Assembly: GCA_963817895.1 (NCBI GenBank)
Contig: CAWFQB010000004.1
Coordinates: forward strand, 224,001 to 288,000
Length of the DNA: 64,000 bases
Source: an uncultured Chthonomonadaceae bacterium
GTDB taxonomy: Bacteria; Armatimonadota; Chthonomonadetes; Chthonomonadales; Chthonomonadaceae
Reading direction: 5' to 3'
Part shown: positions 27,590-37,629 of the stretch, one piece after another
Position numbering within the stretch: the stretch's first letter is position 1
Layout: each line of letters opens with the position of its first letter
Notes under the pieces: model-generated
Databases searched by the model: none
What the model saw: only the letters and a program-made list of their open reading frames with translations
What the model was told of the DNA's origin: nothing
Position numbers and translations under genes: made by a program

Positions 27590-29633
27590 ATGCGATTCGG
27601 CGCGGATTATTATCCTGAGCATTGGCCGGAACAGCGTTGGGAAACGGATGCCCGCTTGATGCGGGCAGCGGGCTTTAATGTAGTACGCATGGCAGAGTTT
27701 GCCTGGGCGAAACTGGAACCGGAAGAGGGTACATACGATTTCGACTGGCTGGACAAGGCGATTTCGCTGTTGGGCAGGCACGGAATTCAGACCGTGTTGG
27801 GGACGCCGACCGCCATTCCACCCGACTGGCTTGTGGCGCGACACCCCGACATTATGCCCGTTGATGAGCGCGGCCTGACGCGGCGCGAAGGGACGCGGCG
27901 GCACTATCGCTATGGCAGCAAGGCGTATCAGGATTTTTGCGCCCGCATTGTCCGCGTCATGGCGGCACACTATTCCGACAACCTGGATGTCATCGGCTGG
28001 CAGATAGACAACGAATGGGGCTGTCACAGCACGACGTATGATTACAGCGAAGAGTCAAGGCTGCAATTTCAAGCGTGGCTGCGGCTAAAGTACGAGAGTT
28101 TGCATGAACTGAACCGGCGGTGGGGAACCGTGTTCTGGAGCCAGACATTCCATACGTGGGACGCGATTCCTCTGCCCTGGTACGCTCCCGCCGATCACAA
28201 CCCGTCTCTGATGCTGGATTTTCAGCGCTGGTCGAGCGATACGGTGGCGGATTTTCAGCGGATGCAGATTGAGATTCTGCGCCGCGCCAACCCCGATTGG
28301 TTTATCACGCACAACTTCATGGGCGCGTTTGACGAAGTGGATGGCGCGGCATTGTCGCGTGACCTTGATTTTGCCTCGTGGGACAATTATCCGCTGACGA
28401 CGTGGGGCGGCAGCAAGGTCGAATCTGAGTCACGCCGCATTTGCCCACGACATTACGCGCGGGTTCAAAAACCGCAACTTCTGGGTGATGGAGCAGCTTG
28501 CCGGCCCGACCGGAGCGGGAACCCTGTCTCCCACGCCGCGCCCCGGCCAGATTCCGTTTCTCGCCTGGCAAGCTATCGCGCATGGGGCGGACGGGCTGGT
28601 ATTTTTCCGTTGGCGAACGTGTCCCTTCGGAGCGGAGCAATACTGGCACGGCATTCTGGAGCATGACGGCAGCGCGCGGCGGCGCTACCGGGAAGTGGCG
28701 GGAATGGGGGCGCAACTGGCGCTTGTCGGCGCGGCTATCGAAGGGGCGAGGGTTCCCGCCGAGATCGCCATTCTGCGCGACTTCAACTCGTGCCGCGCGT
28801 ATCGTATCCAGAAGCAGACGCCGGGTTTCTCCTACGACGGCGAACTGGAAAGCTACCATGCCGCCCTGCGAACCTCGCATCTGCCCTGCGATGTTGTCGG
28901 TTCCGAAACCGATTTTAGTTGGTATAAAGCCTTATTAGCGCCCTGCCTGCATCTTGTCAGCGAAGCAACGGCGGCGCGACTGCGAACCTGGGTGGAAAAC
29001 GGCGGCGTTCTGCTTGGCGGGTTCCGGTTTGGCGTGAAAGATGTGGATAACAGGGTCGTGGAAACGCCCCTGCCCGGACTGTTGCGCGATGTTTTTGGCG
29101 TGATGGTGGAAGAGTACGACGCGATGGGAACCACGCTTGTCAATCACGTTTCACCCGGACTGACACAAACCGGTGGGCATCTGCTCGGCAGTCACGGCTA
29201 TGAAACCCGCCTGTGGTCGGACGTATTGCGCATCGAAAGCCCAACTGCGGAAGCGCTGGCGCGTTATGACCTGGATTACTACGATGATCAGCCCGCGATT
29301 ACGCTGAACCGGGTGGGTAAGGGCTGCGCCATTTATGTGGGAACCAGTTCGCCCAACAGCCACTTTTACGACGCGCTTGTCCGCCTGATAACAACCCGCG
29401 CCAACATCCAACGCCCCGCGCCCGAACTGAACGCGCCGCCCTGGATAGAGCTGATGCCCCGCATAACACCTTCAGGCCGCACCCTGATGTTCGCGCTGAA
29501 CGGGAGTTCCGAACCCTCCGGCATAGAGGGAACCGAAGGCTACGTCAATCTGCTTGCGGACGGGGAAGCGGAACCGCTCGGCCCGCAACTTTTCCTGCCT
29601 CCCTGGGGCGTCGCGCTGCTTGCCAAAACTTAA
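27590..29633 (+). CDS. GH42 beta-galactosidase (frameshift near 28425)
   Basis: FGADYYPEHW, AEFAWAKLEP, WQIDNE, then WVMEQ and EQYWHG in the shifted frame. Confidence 0.88.
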
Positions 29634-29729
29634 CACGCTCTTAACAAGTACGTTACAAACTTCTACGTAACTTTTTCAGGTTTATTCCGTCCAATACTTT
29701 GTAATCTACGGACGCGCTTGCCTGTCCGG

Positions 29730-29759
29730 TTGCAGGCCGACCCGGAAATATGCTATAAT
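29730..29759 (+). promoter_or_regulatory. Sigma70-type promoter for efp operon
   Basis: TTGCAG-N18-TATAAT with extended -10 TG. Confidence 0.6.
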
Positions 29760-29848
29760 GGCGCGAAAACTGTGAAATCATCAAGCCACCTGTCCCCGTA
29801 TAAGAACTGTGCTTCGCGGGGCGGGAACGCTTGCTGGAGGTAGCGTCC

Positions 29849-30415
29849 GTGCCAAAAGTAGATACCGCCGACTTCAAAAACGGCCTGTCGTTTATTCTGG
29901 ATGGCGACATTTGTACGATTATCTGGTTTCAGCACCACAAGCCCGGTAAGGGCGGAGCGGTGATGCGAACCAAGTTCCGCAACCTGCGTTCCGGCGCGAC
30001 CGTCGAGCGCACGTTCAACGCGGGCGAAAAATTTGAACAGGCGATTCTGGATCGTCACCCGATGCAGTACCTGTATCATCAGGACGACGAGTACGTGCTG
30101 ATGCACCCGGAAACCTTCGATCAGGCCAGCGTCAGCAAAGCCGCCTTCGGCGACGGTATCAAATACCTCAAAGACGGCGTGGAAGTGAACGTTCTGGAAC
30201 ACGACGGCAAAATTCTGAGCTGCGAAGTTCCCAACTTCATGGAATTAGAGGTTGTGAACACCGACCCCAGTTACAAGGGCGATACGGCTTCAGGCAGTTC
30301 CAAGCCCGCCTCACTGGAAACCGGCGCGGTTATCAATGTCCCCTTCTTCGTAAACATCGGCGACAAAGTGAAAGTGGATACGCGCTCTGACACGTATCTT
30401 GAGCGAGTCAAGTAG
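29849..30415 (+). CDS. efp: Elongation factor P
   Basis: HHKPGKGGA, KGDTA, LETGAVINVPFF; GGAGG SD before GTG. Confidence 0.97.
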   Translation: MPKVDTADFKNGLSFILDGDICTIIWFQHHKPGKGGAVMRTKFRNLRSGATVERTFNAGEKFEQAILDRHPMQYLYHQDDEYVLMHPETFDQASVSKAAFGDGIKYLKDGVEVNVLEHDGKILSCEVPNFMELEVVNTDPSYKGDTASGSSKPASLETGAVINVPFFVNIGDKVKVDTRSDTYLERVK

Positions 30416-30529
30416 TCCCGGGGGCTATACGAACCCCGATCCATCGGGAGCTTGCCGCATGCGCCTGTTTGTTTCTTGATGCAATACCCACCGCGCGCCG
30501 GAGCCTGGCTTCGCGCCGCATAGAAACAG

Positions 30530-31744
30530 GTGATTCCCGTGCCTACCATCAACCATGCGGACGGTTCTTCCGAAAGTTTTCTGCCCCAGGCTGTCGTAGA
30601 CATTCTGGCGAAAGTGTTTATTGTCGCTCTGATTGTAACAATCTGCGCGTTCGGCTATCTGCTGTACGGCCTGTTTTCCGGTGAACTTGCCGGCGCAACG
30701 AGCACACACGAAATCCGGCTTCACGCCCTGCAACTGGTTCAAAGCGCGTCCAACATTCTCAGTATTAGTCTGGCAGTCACGCTTGTCTGTGGCCTGCTGC
30801 TGTTTTATGAGAATGAGGCCGTTGCTATTATCATGCTGGCCGTGTCGGCGTTTTTGCTGTTCGGCCTGAAGTTTCTGCTGGATTACTTTGGTTCACAGAC
30901 CAGTCTGACGGCGGGACCGGCGGCAACATCCACCCTGCGCGAGATCAAGCAGGCGGCCATAATGATCGGCGTGCCGGGCGTCCTGCTGTTCCTGTGGAAT
31001 ATGCTTCAGCGTATCCGTGACGCGCGTTCGGGCGTTGACCTTGCCAACATGAAATACGGCAAGGAGGCGTCTGAGGAGGAGGTTCGCGGCTCTCTCATCG
31101 GCGCGTTCGCCAAATGCTGGCAACTGCCGTTCTGCCGCGAGGGTATCCGCGTCAAATGCCCCATCTACCATGCCCGCACCAAATGCTGGAAACAGCGCGT
31201 CGGGTGCATGTGCGAAGAAAACATACTGCGCCTCGCCGCCGGTGGCGACGAGAACAAGCCGATAGACATGACGCAAAGCGCGGGCTTTGTCCCTATCGGC
31301 GACCTGATTATCAAAAGCGAAAAGGAAGCGCGTCCCTCCATTCCGACCAAAGCCGGACCGCGCGGCGTTCGCATTCCGACCAATCCGCACCTCACGGAGC
31401 ATCAGAAGCGCGAACGCTGCCGTAACTGCGTGATTTACAACGAGCATCAGCGCCAGAAATACGGCCTGGCGTCGCCGCTGGTAACGATTGCGGTTCCTAT
31501 TCTCGTCTTCCTGAACTTCGACATGCTCAAGGATTTGCTGACAAGCCTGCTCACCACTCTTGACCGCATTATCGGGCATCTGAATTTCAATCCCGCCGCC
31601 ACTACACATGGTCCGTCGCAGTTAAGCATGGACATCAACGGTTCCCTGCCCATCGCTGCCATTCTCATCATGGCCCTGACCCTGTTGGTTATGACATGGG
31701 CGCTGCGGTTCCTTGAATACTGTATGTTTCAGATAAAGATATAG
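30530..31744 (+). CDS. Hypothetical multi-TM protein with Cys-rich (CW-type) domain
   Basis: Several TM helices; CWQLPFC...CPIYHARTKCWKQRVGCMCEE...CRNCVIY. Confidence 0.75.
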   Translation: MIPVPTINHADGSSESFLPQAVVDILAKVFIVALIVTICAFGYLLYGLFSGELAGATSTHEIRLHALQLVQSASNILSISLAVTLVCGLLLFYENEAVAIIMLAVSAFLLFGLKFLLDYFGSQTSLTAGPAATSTLREIKQAAIMIGVPGVLLFLWNMLQRIRDARSGVDLANMKYGKEASEEEVRGSLIGAFAKCWQLPFCREGIRVKCPIYHARTKCWKQRVGCMCEENILRLAAGGDENKPIDMTQSAGFVPIGDLIIKSEKEARPSIPTKAGPRGVRIPTNPHLTEHQKRERCRNCVIYNEHQRQKYGLASPLVTIAVPILVFLNFDMLKDLLTSLLTTLDRIIGHLNFNPAATTHGPSQLSMDINGSLPIAAILIMALTLLVMTWALRFLEYCMFQIKI

Positions 31745-31745
31745 G

Positions 31746-31870
31746 GGGTAGATGGGTAGATGGGTAGATGGGTAGATGGGTAGATACATAGTCGAAGCGC
31801 TGATTTTCTCAGAAATGTCTGAAGCGCAAGGCTACTCATCTACCCATCTACCCATCTACCCATCTACCTC
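31746..31870. repeat. Inverted octamer tandem arrays (GGGTAGAT)n / (ATCTACCC)n
   Basis: Read directly. Confidence 0.9.
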
Positions 31871-31875
31871 TGACC

Positions 31876-32325
31876 ATGAACGTCTCCGAACTTGAACAAC
31901 TTGTCACTCTGGTACAGGGCGCGAACATTCGCGAACTGACGCTCCGGCACAATGGCGCGCGGGTTACAATTCGCAAGTCGCCCACCGTTTCCGAAATAGG
32001 CGCGGAGGAGGGGGAATCGGCATCTGAAGGGGAACTCGAAGCCGACAGTAACACGCAAACCGGGAAAACCGAATCGGATTTGCCGGAAGTGGATGGCACG
32101 GTTCCCGTCACTTCTCCCCTGGTCGGAACCTTCAAGCCTGCCAAAAATCCGGTAGCGTTAGGCGCGCTCGTCGAGTCGGGGCAGGTTATCGGCATCATCG
32201 AAGCCATGAAACTGCCCAACGAAGTGACGGCTCCCTGCGCGGGAAAAGTGGTGGAGGTGTTTGTGGAAGAGGGGCAATTCGTGGAGTACGGGCAGGAGTT
32301 GTTCGCGCTGGAACCCCAAAATTAA
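31876..32325 (+). CDS. accB: Acetyl-CoA carboxylase biotin carboxyl carrier protein
   Basis: SPLVGTF, EAMKL biotin motif, VEYGQELF. Confidence 0.9.
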   Translation: MNVSELEQLVTLVQGANIRELTLRHNGARVTIRKSPTVSEIGAEEGESASEGELEADSNTQTGKTESDLPEVDGTVPVTSPLVGTFKPAKNPVALGALVESGQVIGIIEAMKLPNEVTAPCAGKVVEVFVEEGQFVEYGQELFALEPQN

Positions 32326-32339
32326 ACATTTTTAATTCA

Positions 32340-32377
32340 GCCCTGTACGCCCGTTTGCGCCGTACAGGGCCTTTTTG
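32340..32377 (+). terminator. Intrinsic terminator after accB
   Basis: GCCCTGTACG...CGTACAGGGC followed by CTTTTT. Confidence 0.7.
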
Positions 32378-32506
32378 CGTCTGTTCGCCGGAACGTAGCG
32401 CGTCAAAGCGTCCGATTGTGCTACTATGTTAGTACAACTTTTTCTAGTAACCGCAGAGTGTTCCCCGTTTTCGGATAGTTCAGACTGGAACGAGAAGGAG
32501 ACTATT

Positions 32507-32902
32507 ATGTTGCCTCAGAACAGATTACGTTTCTTCAAAACGAACAACGCGCAGGGTGGTTTCGCGCTGATCGAACTGCTGGTCGTGATGGCGCTGATCG
32601 TGGTTTTGAGCGCGGGAATGTACAAGTTCTATCTTGGCAAAGGAACCGGCAAGCCCGGTGAAGCCAAAACTCCCATGACTGCCACCTATGACAGCGTATG
32701 CCTGCAAAATCTGCGCAGCGTCCGTCAGTGCGTGGAAGCCGCGCATACCGGCGACACGGACACGAAATTCCCCGCCTCGCTCACGGAAATCAAAGAACTC
32801 TCGTCTGACCTACGCGCCTGTCCTGAAGGCAAAGAACCCTACGCCTACAATGCCCAAACCGGGGAAGTGCATTGCATCCACCCCGGACATGAAAAATACT
32901 AA
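32507..32902 (+). CDS. Type IV pilin / T2SS pseudopilin-like protein
   Basis: Prepilin cleavage motif G|FALIELLVV; AAGGAG SD. Confidence 0.85.
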   Translation: MLPQNRLRFFKTNNAQGGFALIELLVVMALIVVLSAGMYKFYLGKGTGKPGEAKTPMTATYDSVCLQNLRSVRQCVEAAHTGDTDTKFPASLTEIKELSSDLRACPEGKEPYAYNAQTGEVHCIHPGHEKY

Positions 32903-33043
32903 AATGCAGGTTGTTAGTTGTTAGGTTGTTAGGGAAATACCAGAACGTTATGGTTGCTATGTAGTACAGGAACAACCTGACTTACGCGCAAATCTAACAA
33001 CTAACAACCTAACAACTAACAACCTGACAACTCCCTCCCAACC

Positions 33044-34405
33044 ATGTTTAAAAAAATTTTAATCGCCAATCGCGGCGAAATCGCGGTTCGGATTATCCGC
33101 GCCTGCAAAGAACTGAAAATAAAAACGGTCGCGGTTCATTCGACGGCGGACGAACACTCGCTGCACGTCCACCTTGCCGATGAAGCCGTGTGTATCGGAC
33201 CGCCGCCGCCCCGCGACAGTTATCTCAATGATGTCAATATCATCAGCGCGGCCTTAATTACGGGCGCGGAAGCCATTCATCCAGGCATCGGTTTTCTGTC
33301 CGAGCGGGCCAGTTTCGCGGAAGCCTGCGAAGCGCACGGCTTGAAGTTTATCGGCCCATCCGCTGCGGTGATGGAGCGGATGGGCGACAAATCCGTAGCG
33401 CGGGAAACTATGCGCGCGGCAGGCGTCCCCGTCGTGCCGGGTTCCAACGGCCCGCTGGAAACCGTAGAAGAGGCGCAGCAGTTCGCCCAAAAAATCGGCT
33501 TTCCGCTGCTCATCAAGGCGTCATTGGGCGGCGGCGGCAGGGGAATCCGGCTTGTGCAAAACGAGGACGAGCTGCCGCGCCAGTTTGATATGGCGCGGGC
33601 GGAAGCCGCTTCCTCGTTCGGCAAGCCCGACGTGTATATGGAAAAATTTGTCGAAGAGCCGCGCCACGTCGAGATACAAATATTGGCGGACGAACACGGG
33701 CATGTGGTACATTTAGGGGAGCGCGAATGTTCCATCCAGAATCTGCGCCATCAGAAGGTTATTGAAGAGTCTCCCTGGGAGAAAATGCCCACCAGCCTGC
33801 GAAATAAGATGGGCGACGCGGCGATTCGCGCCGCGAAAGCCATCAATTACGCGAACGCGGGAACCGTAGAGTTTCTCGTGGACGCCAACAATGACTTTTA
33901 TTTTATGGAGATGAACAAGCGGCTTCAGGTGGAACACTGCGTTACCGAACAGGTGACTGGGATTGATCTGGTGAAGCAGCAGTTGCGCATCGCGTCCGGG
34001 GAAAAACTGTCGTTCGGGCAGCGCGATATTAGGTGGGAAGGCCACGCTATCGAGTGCCGCATCAACGCCGAAGACCCCGATAGAAATTTTGCCCCAAGCG
34101 CGGGGCGTATCGAGCGCGTCGTCCTGCCAGGTGGCTACGGCGTCCGCGTGGATACGCACATCACGGCGGGCTACGATGTGCCGCCTTATTACGATCCCCT
34201 GCTGGCAAAAATCATCGTGTGGGACAAAGACCGCATGGGCGCGATTACCCGGATGCAGCGTTGCTTACAGGAAACCGAAATCGTCGGCGTGAAAACAAAC
34301 ATCGCCCTGCAACTCAAAATCCTCGCCAATGCGTTTTACCGGCGCGGCGAACTGTCCACAGACTTTTTACAACGCCGTATCATTGACGGCGGCACTGGTA
34401 AATAG
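33044..34405 (+). CDS. accC: Biotin carboxylase
   Basis: KILIANRGEIA, GGGGRG, FMEMNKRLQVEH, PPYYD. Confidence 0.97.
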   Translation: MFKKILIANRGEIAVRIIRACKELKIKTVAVHSTADEHSLHVHLADEAVCIGPPPPRDSYLNDVNIISAALITGAEAIHPGIGFLSERASFAEACEAHGLKFIGPSAAVMERMGDKSVARETMRAAGVPVVPGSNGPLETVEEAQQFAQKIGFPLLIKASLGGGGRGIRLVQNEDELPRQFDMARAEAASSFGKPDVYMEKFVEEPRHVEIQILADEHGHVVHLGERECSIQNLRHQKVIEESPWEKMPTSLRNKMGDAAIRAAKAINYANAGTVEFLVDANNDFYFMEMNKRLQVEHCVTEQVTGIDLVKQQLRIASGEKLSFGQRDIRWEGHAIECRINAEDPDRNFAPSAGRIERVVLPGGYGVRVDTHITAGYDVPPYYDPLLAKIIVWDKDRMGAITRMQRCLQETEIVGVKTNIALQLKILANAFYRRGELSTDFLQRRIIDGGTGK

Positions 34406-34534
34406 TTTTTGCCGTTGCGCCTCTGGACACATTTTGCCGGGCATTGAAAATACCTGTCTGTGTGGCGTTCCGCCAGGCGTCCTTCGGACGCGATTCACTG
34501 CAAACAAAGGCTGGACACTGGAGAATAACAAGCA

Positions 34535-34735
34535 ATGACAATGCTGGAAACGGCTGAAGAAGTTGTCGGTAAACTGTCTCTTGATGAACTGACTCGTTTC
34601 CGCAAATGGTTTGCGGAGTTCGACGGCAAAGCGTGGGATGAACAGATCGAAGCCGATGCCAATGCGGGCAAACTGGACGCGCTCGCCGAAGAAGCCTTGA
34701 CAGAATATCGCGCAGGCAAGGCAAAAGAGATTTGA
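34535..34735 (+). CDS. Small acidic antitoxin-like protein
   Basis: 'ELTRFRKWFAEFDGKAWDEQIEADANAGKLD'; stop overlaps next start. Confidence 0.7.
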   Translation: MTMLETAEEVVGKLSLDELTRFRKWFAEFDGKAWDEQIEADANAGKLDALAEEALTEYRAGKAKEI

Positions 34736-34994
34736 AGCACCTCGCTTCAGAGCGGTTCTGGCGCTGTTTTGATGCGTTGCCGGAACATATTCAGCAACTC
34801 GCTCGGCGTAACTATGCGCTGTTGCGGCAGAACTCCGCGCATCCCTCCTTGCAGTTCAAGACGGTCAAGGAAGGCAAATACTACAGTGCGCGCGTCGGCC
34901 TGCATTATCGCGCGCGCTCGGCGTAGCTGTGCCGGAAGGGATACTATGGTTCTGGATCGGCCCTCATGCGCAGTACGACCATCTGATTGCGTGA
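34732..34994 (+). pseudogene. RelE/ParE-like toxin, frameshifted in a CG dinucleotide run (~34910)
   Basis: HPSLQFK...SARVGLHYRA, continuing LGVAVPEGILWFWIGPHAQYDHLIA* in the shifted frame. Confidence 0.75.
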
Positions 34995-35051
34995 AGCAGT
35001 TCCGAAAGTATCGCGGCCTTTCTACGGGATTGGGAAGTTTGATTTTGGAAT

Positions 35052-37601
35052 ATGAATATTATTTCCAGACATTTGAAAACTTGTTATACCATTGGAGCGG
35101 TTATGACCGTAGGGCTGTTTTCCACTCTGGTTATTGCGGCAAGCTTGCCACCGTCTGCCAAAAGCATCGGTATTAAAGAGGATGGCGGGGAGGCGCAATT
35201 TCGTCAGGAGATTCAGCCGCTTCTCAAAAAGTATTGCTACGCCTGTCACGCGGGCGGGGCGAAATCCGGTAACGTGTCTTTTGATGAAGTCAAATCGTAT
35301 GCGGCGTTGCGGCAAAATCGCAAACTTTTCGAGCGGGTCTTGAAGAATTTGCGCAGCGGGCTGATGCCGCCGATGGGTATGGAACAGCCGCCGGAGACAG
35401 CAAAGCGCAGCATCGAGCAGTGGATTAAAACGCATGTTTACGAGATAAATCCCGCCAACCCCGATCCGGGGCGCGTCACCGTGCGCCGCCTAAATCGCGT
35501 CGAATACGGCAATACCGTTCACGATCTCATGGGCGTTAATTTCGATACGCAAACGGAGTTCCCCGCCGATGACGCGGGACACGGTTTCGACAACATCAGC
35601 GACGCTCTTACCCTGTCGCCTCTGCTGATGGAAAAATACCTCAACACCGCCCAAACCATCGTGTCGCAGGCGGTTCCCACAGCCTCAAAGGTGGTCGCGG
35701 AAACCGAGATTTCCGGCGGCAGTTTCGCGCGGGAGGGCGCAACGTCTGCAACGGATAAAGCCGGCGATTTCCGTTCGCTGTCCTACTACGAGCCGGCGAC
35801 GGTTGCCCATACCCTGCAAGTCGAACATCCCGGCAATTATCAGCTTGTTCTGGATATGTCCGCCAATGAGCGGTATGTTGACAATGTATTCGATTACAAC
35901 CGCTGCCGACTTATCATCAAATCCGATGGTCAGGAGTTGTTGCGCAGAGACTACAACCGCGAAGGCGGCAAGCGCCTGCATTTCGAATTCGATCAGAAAT
36001 GGCAGGCGGGTGGGCATAATCTTTCGTTTGAAGTTCAGCCGTTGACGCCGGGGACGGAGCAGGTTCGCGCGCTCACGTTGCGCATCAATAAAGTGACCCT
36101 GCGCGGCCCGATGAACGCGAAATACGAGGTGGAGCCGCGTAACTACCGCGCCTTCTTCCCCAAACCGGTTCCCGCTTCTGCCCCGGAACGCCGGGCCTAT
36201 GCGCGCGAACTGCTCAACAATTTTGCCCGCCGCGCGTTCCGCCGTCCTGTGGAGGCGAAAACGCTTGTCCGGCTTGTCGCGTTGGCGGAGGGCGTTTACA
36301 CCCAACCCGGCCAGACATTCGAGGGGGGCATTGCGCAGGCTATGGCCGCTGTTCTCGCTTCGCCCCGGTTCCTGTTCCGCGAAGAGGGCGTTGCAGTCGA
36401 AAAGAGTAACCATTCGTATGCTCTGATAGATGAGTACGCCCTTGCGTCGCGCCTCTCCTACTTTTTGTGGTCTTCCATGCCGGATGATGAACTGTTCCGG
36501 CTGGCCGGTCAGGGACAACTGCGAAAAAACATGGCCTCACAGGTGAAGCGCATGTTGCAGGACCATCGTTCAGAAGCCTTGATTCAGAACTTCAGCGGGC
36601 AATGGCTGCAAACGCGCGACATTGAGAAGGTCGCCATCAATCCCTTTGCCGTGCTGAACCGTGAGGCTGACCCGACTGCGAGTGGGCAGGGGAATAATGG
36701 GCGTCGTGGCGGCAACCGCCCCCGCGTTCGGTTCGACGATCCGTTGCGCAAAGATTTACGGCGCGAAGCGGACATGTACTTCGGGCATATCGTCCGCGAA
36801 GATCGCAGCGTTTGCGAACTGATTGACAGCGACTACACGTTCCTCAATGCGCGTCTGGCGCAGTATTACGGGATTGCGGATACGGGAATAACCGGTGATG
36901 ACTTCCGCAAGGTCACGCTTCCCGCCAACAGCCCACGCGGCGGAATGTTGACGATGGGCAGCGTTCTGGCGGTCACTTCCAACCCAACGCGCACATCGCC
37001 CGTCAAGCGCGGCCTGTTTATTCTAGACAACATTCTCGGCGCGCCCGCCCCGCCCCCGCCGCCGGATATTCCGCCGCTCGAAGCCGCCGCGACGGGTTTG
37101 AAAAACAGTAAGCCGACACTGCGCGAAATTTTAACGGCGCACCGCAGCAAGCCGGAGTGCGCGTCGTGCCATCAGCGTCTCGACCCGCCCGGACTGGCTC
37201 TGGAAAACTTCAACGCGCTCGGCTTATACCGCGACAAAGAGTTCGGCCAGCCGATTGAACCCGGCGGAACGCTGGTAACGGGCGAGTCCTTCAAAGACAT
37301 TCGCGAGTTGAAGCATATTCTGGTCAGTCGCCACAGCGCGGAGTTTTACCGCTGCCTGACCGAAAAACTGCTCACCTACGCTTTGGGACGCGGGCTGGAA
37401 GATTATGATGTAGAATCAGTAGACCGCATTGTAAAACGAATGGAACAGGACAAGGGACAATTCTCCACTCTCCTGACAGGCGTAATCGAATCCGCGCCCT
37501 TCCAAAAGTGCCGAAATACATCTGCGATAGCAGACATTAAGCCTTCAAAGCAGGAGTTGTCCTCGCAAAAATTGAAGGTGGCCGCAATAAAAATCAAGTA
37601 G
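35052..37601 (+). CDS. Planctomycete-type cytochrome c/DUF1587-DUF1595-DUF1592-DUF1588-DUF1585 protein
   Basis: CYACH and CASCH; RRLNRVEY, ASRLSYFLWSSMPD, TSPVKRG, YALGRGL. Confidence 0.9.
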   Translation: MNIISRHLKTCYTIGAVMTVGLFSTLVIAASLPPSAKSIGIKEDGGEAQFRQEIQPLLKKYCYACHAGGAKSGNVSFDEVKSYAALRQNRKLFERVLKNLRSGLMPPMGMEQPPETAKRSIEQWIKTHVYEINPANPDPGRVTVRRLNRVEYGNTVHDLMGVNFDTQTEFPADDAGHGFDNISDALTLSPLLMEKYLNTAQTIVSQAVPTASKVVAETEISGGSFAREGATSATDKAGDFRSLSYYEPATVAHTLQVEHPGNYQLVLDMSANERYVDNVFDYNRCRLIIKSDGQELLRRDYNREGGKRLHFEFDQKWQAGGHNLSFEVQPLTPGTEQVRALTLRINKVTLRGPMNAKYEVEPRNYRAFFPKPVPASAPERRAYARELLNNFARRAFRRPVEAKTLVRLVALAEGVYTQPGQTFEGGIAQAMAAVLASPRFLFREEGVAVEKSNHSYALIDEYALASRLSYFLWSSMPDDELFRLAGQGQLRKNMASQVKRMLQDHRSEALIQNFSGQWLQTRDIEKVAINPFAVLNREADPTASGQGNNGRRGGNRPRVRFDDPLRKDLRREADMYFGHIVREDRSVCELIDSDYTFLNARLAQYYGIADTGITGDDFRKVTLPANSPRGGMLTMGSVLAVTSNPTRTSPVKRGLFILDNILGAPAPPPPPDIPPLEAAATGLKNSKPTLREILTAHRSKPECASCHQRLDPPGLALENFNALGLYRDKEFGQPIEPGGTLVTGESFKDIRELKHILVSRHSAEFYRCLTEKLLTYALGRGLEDYDVESVDRIVKRMEQDKGQFSTLLTGVIESAPFQKCRNTSAIADIKPSKQELSSQKLKVAAIKIK

Positions 37602-37629
37602 AGGGCCAGTTTGAAAGGAAGCCAAAGCC

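Noticed and set aside
25650..30415. rqcH and efp as part of the tRNA-array stress system
   Set aside because: They lie 20+ kb away in an ordinary housekeeping context; proximity is likely coincidental
31746..33032. CRISPR array in the repeat-rich intergenic regions
   Set aside because: Units are 7-9-bp tandem repeats without unique spacers; no cas genes in the window
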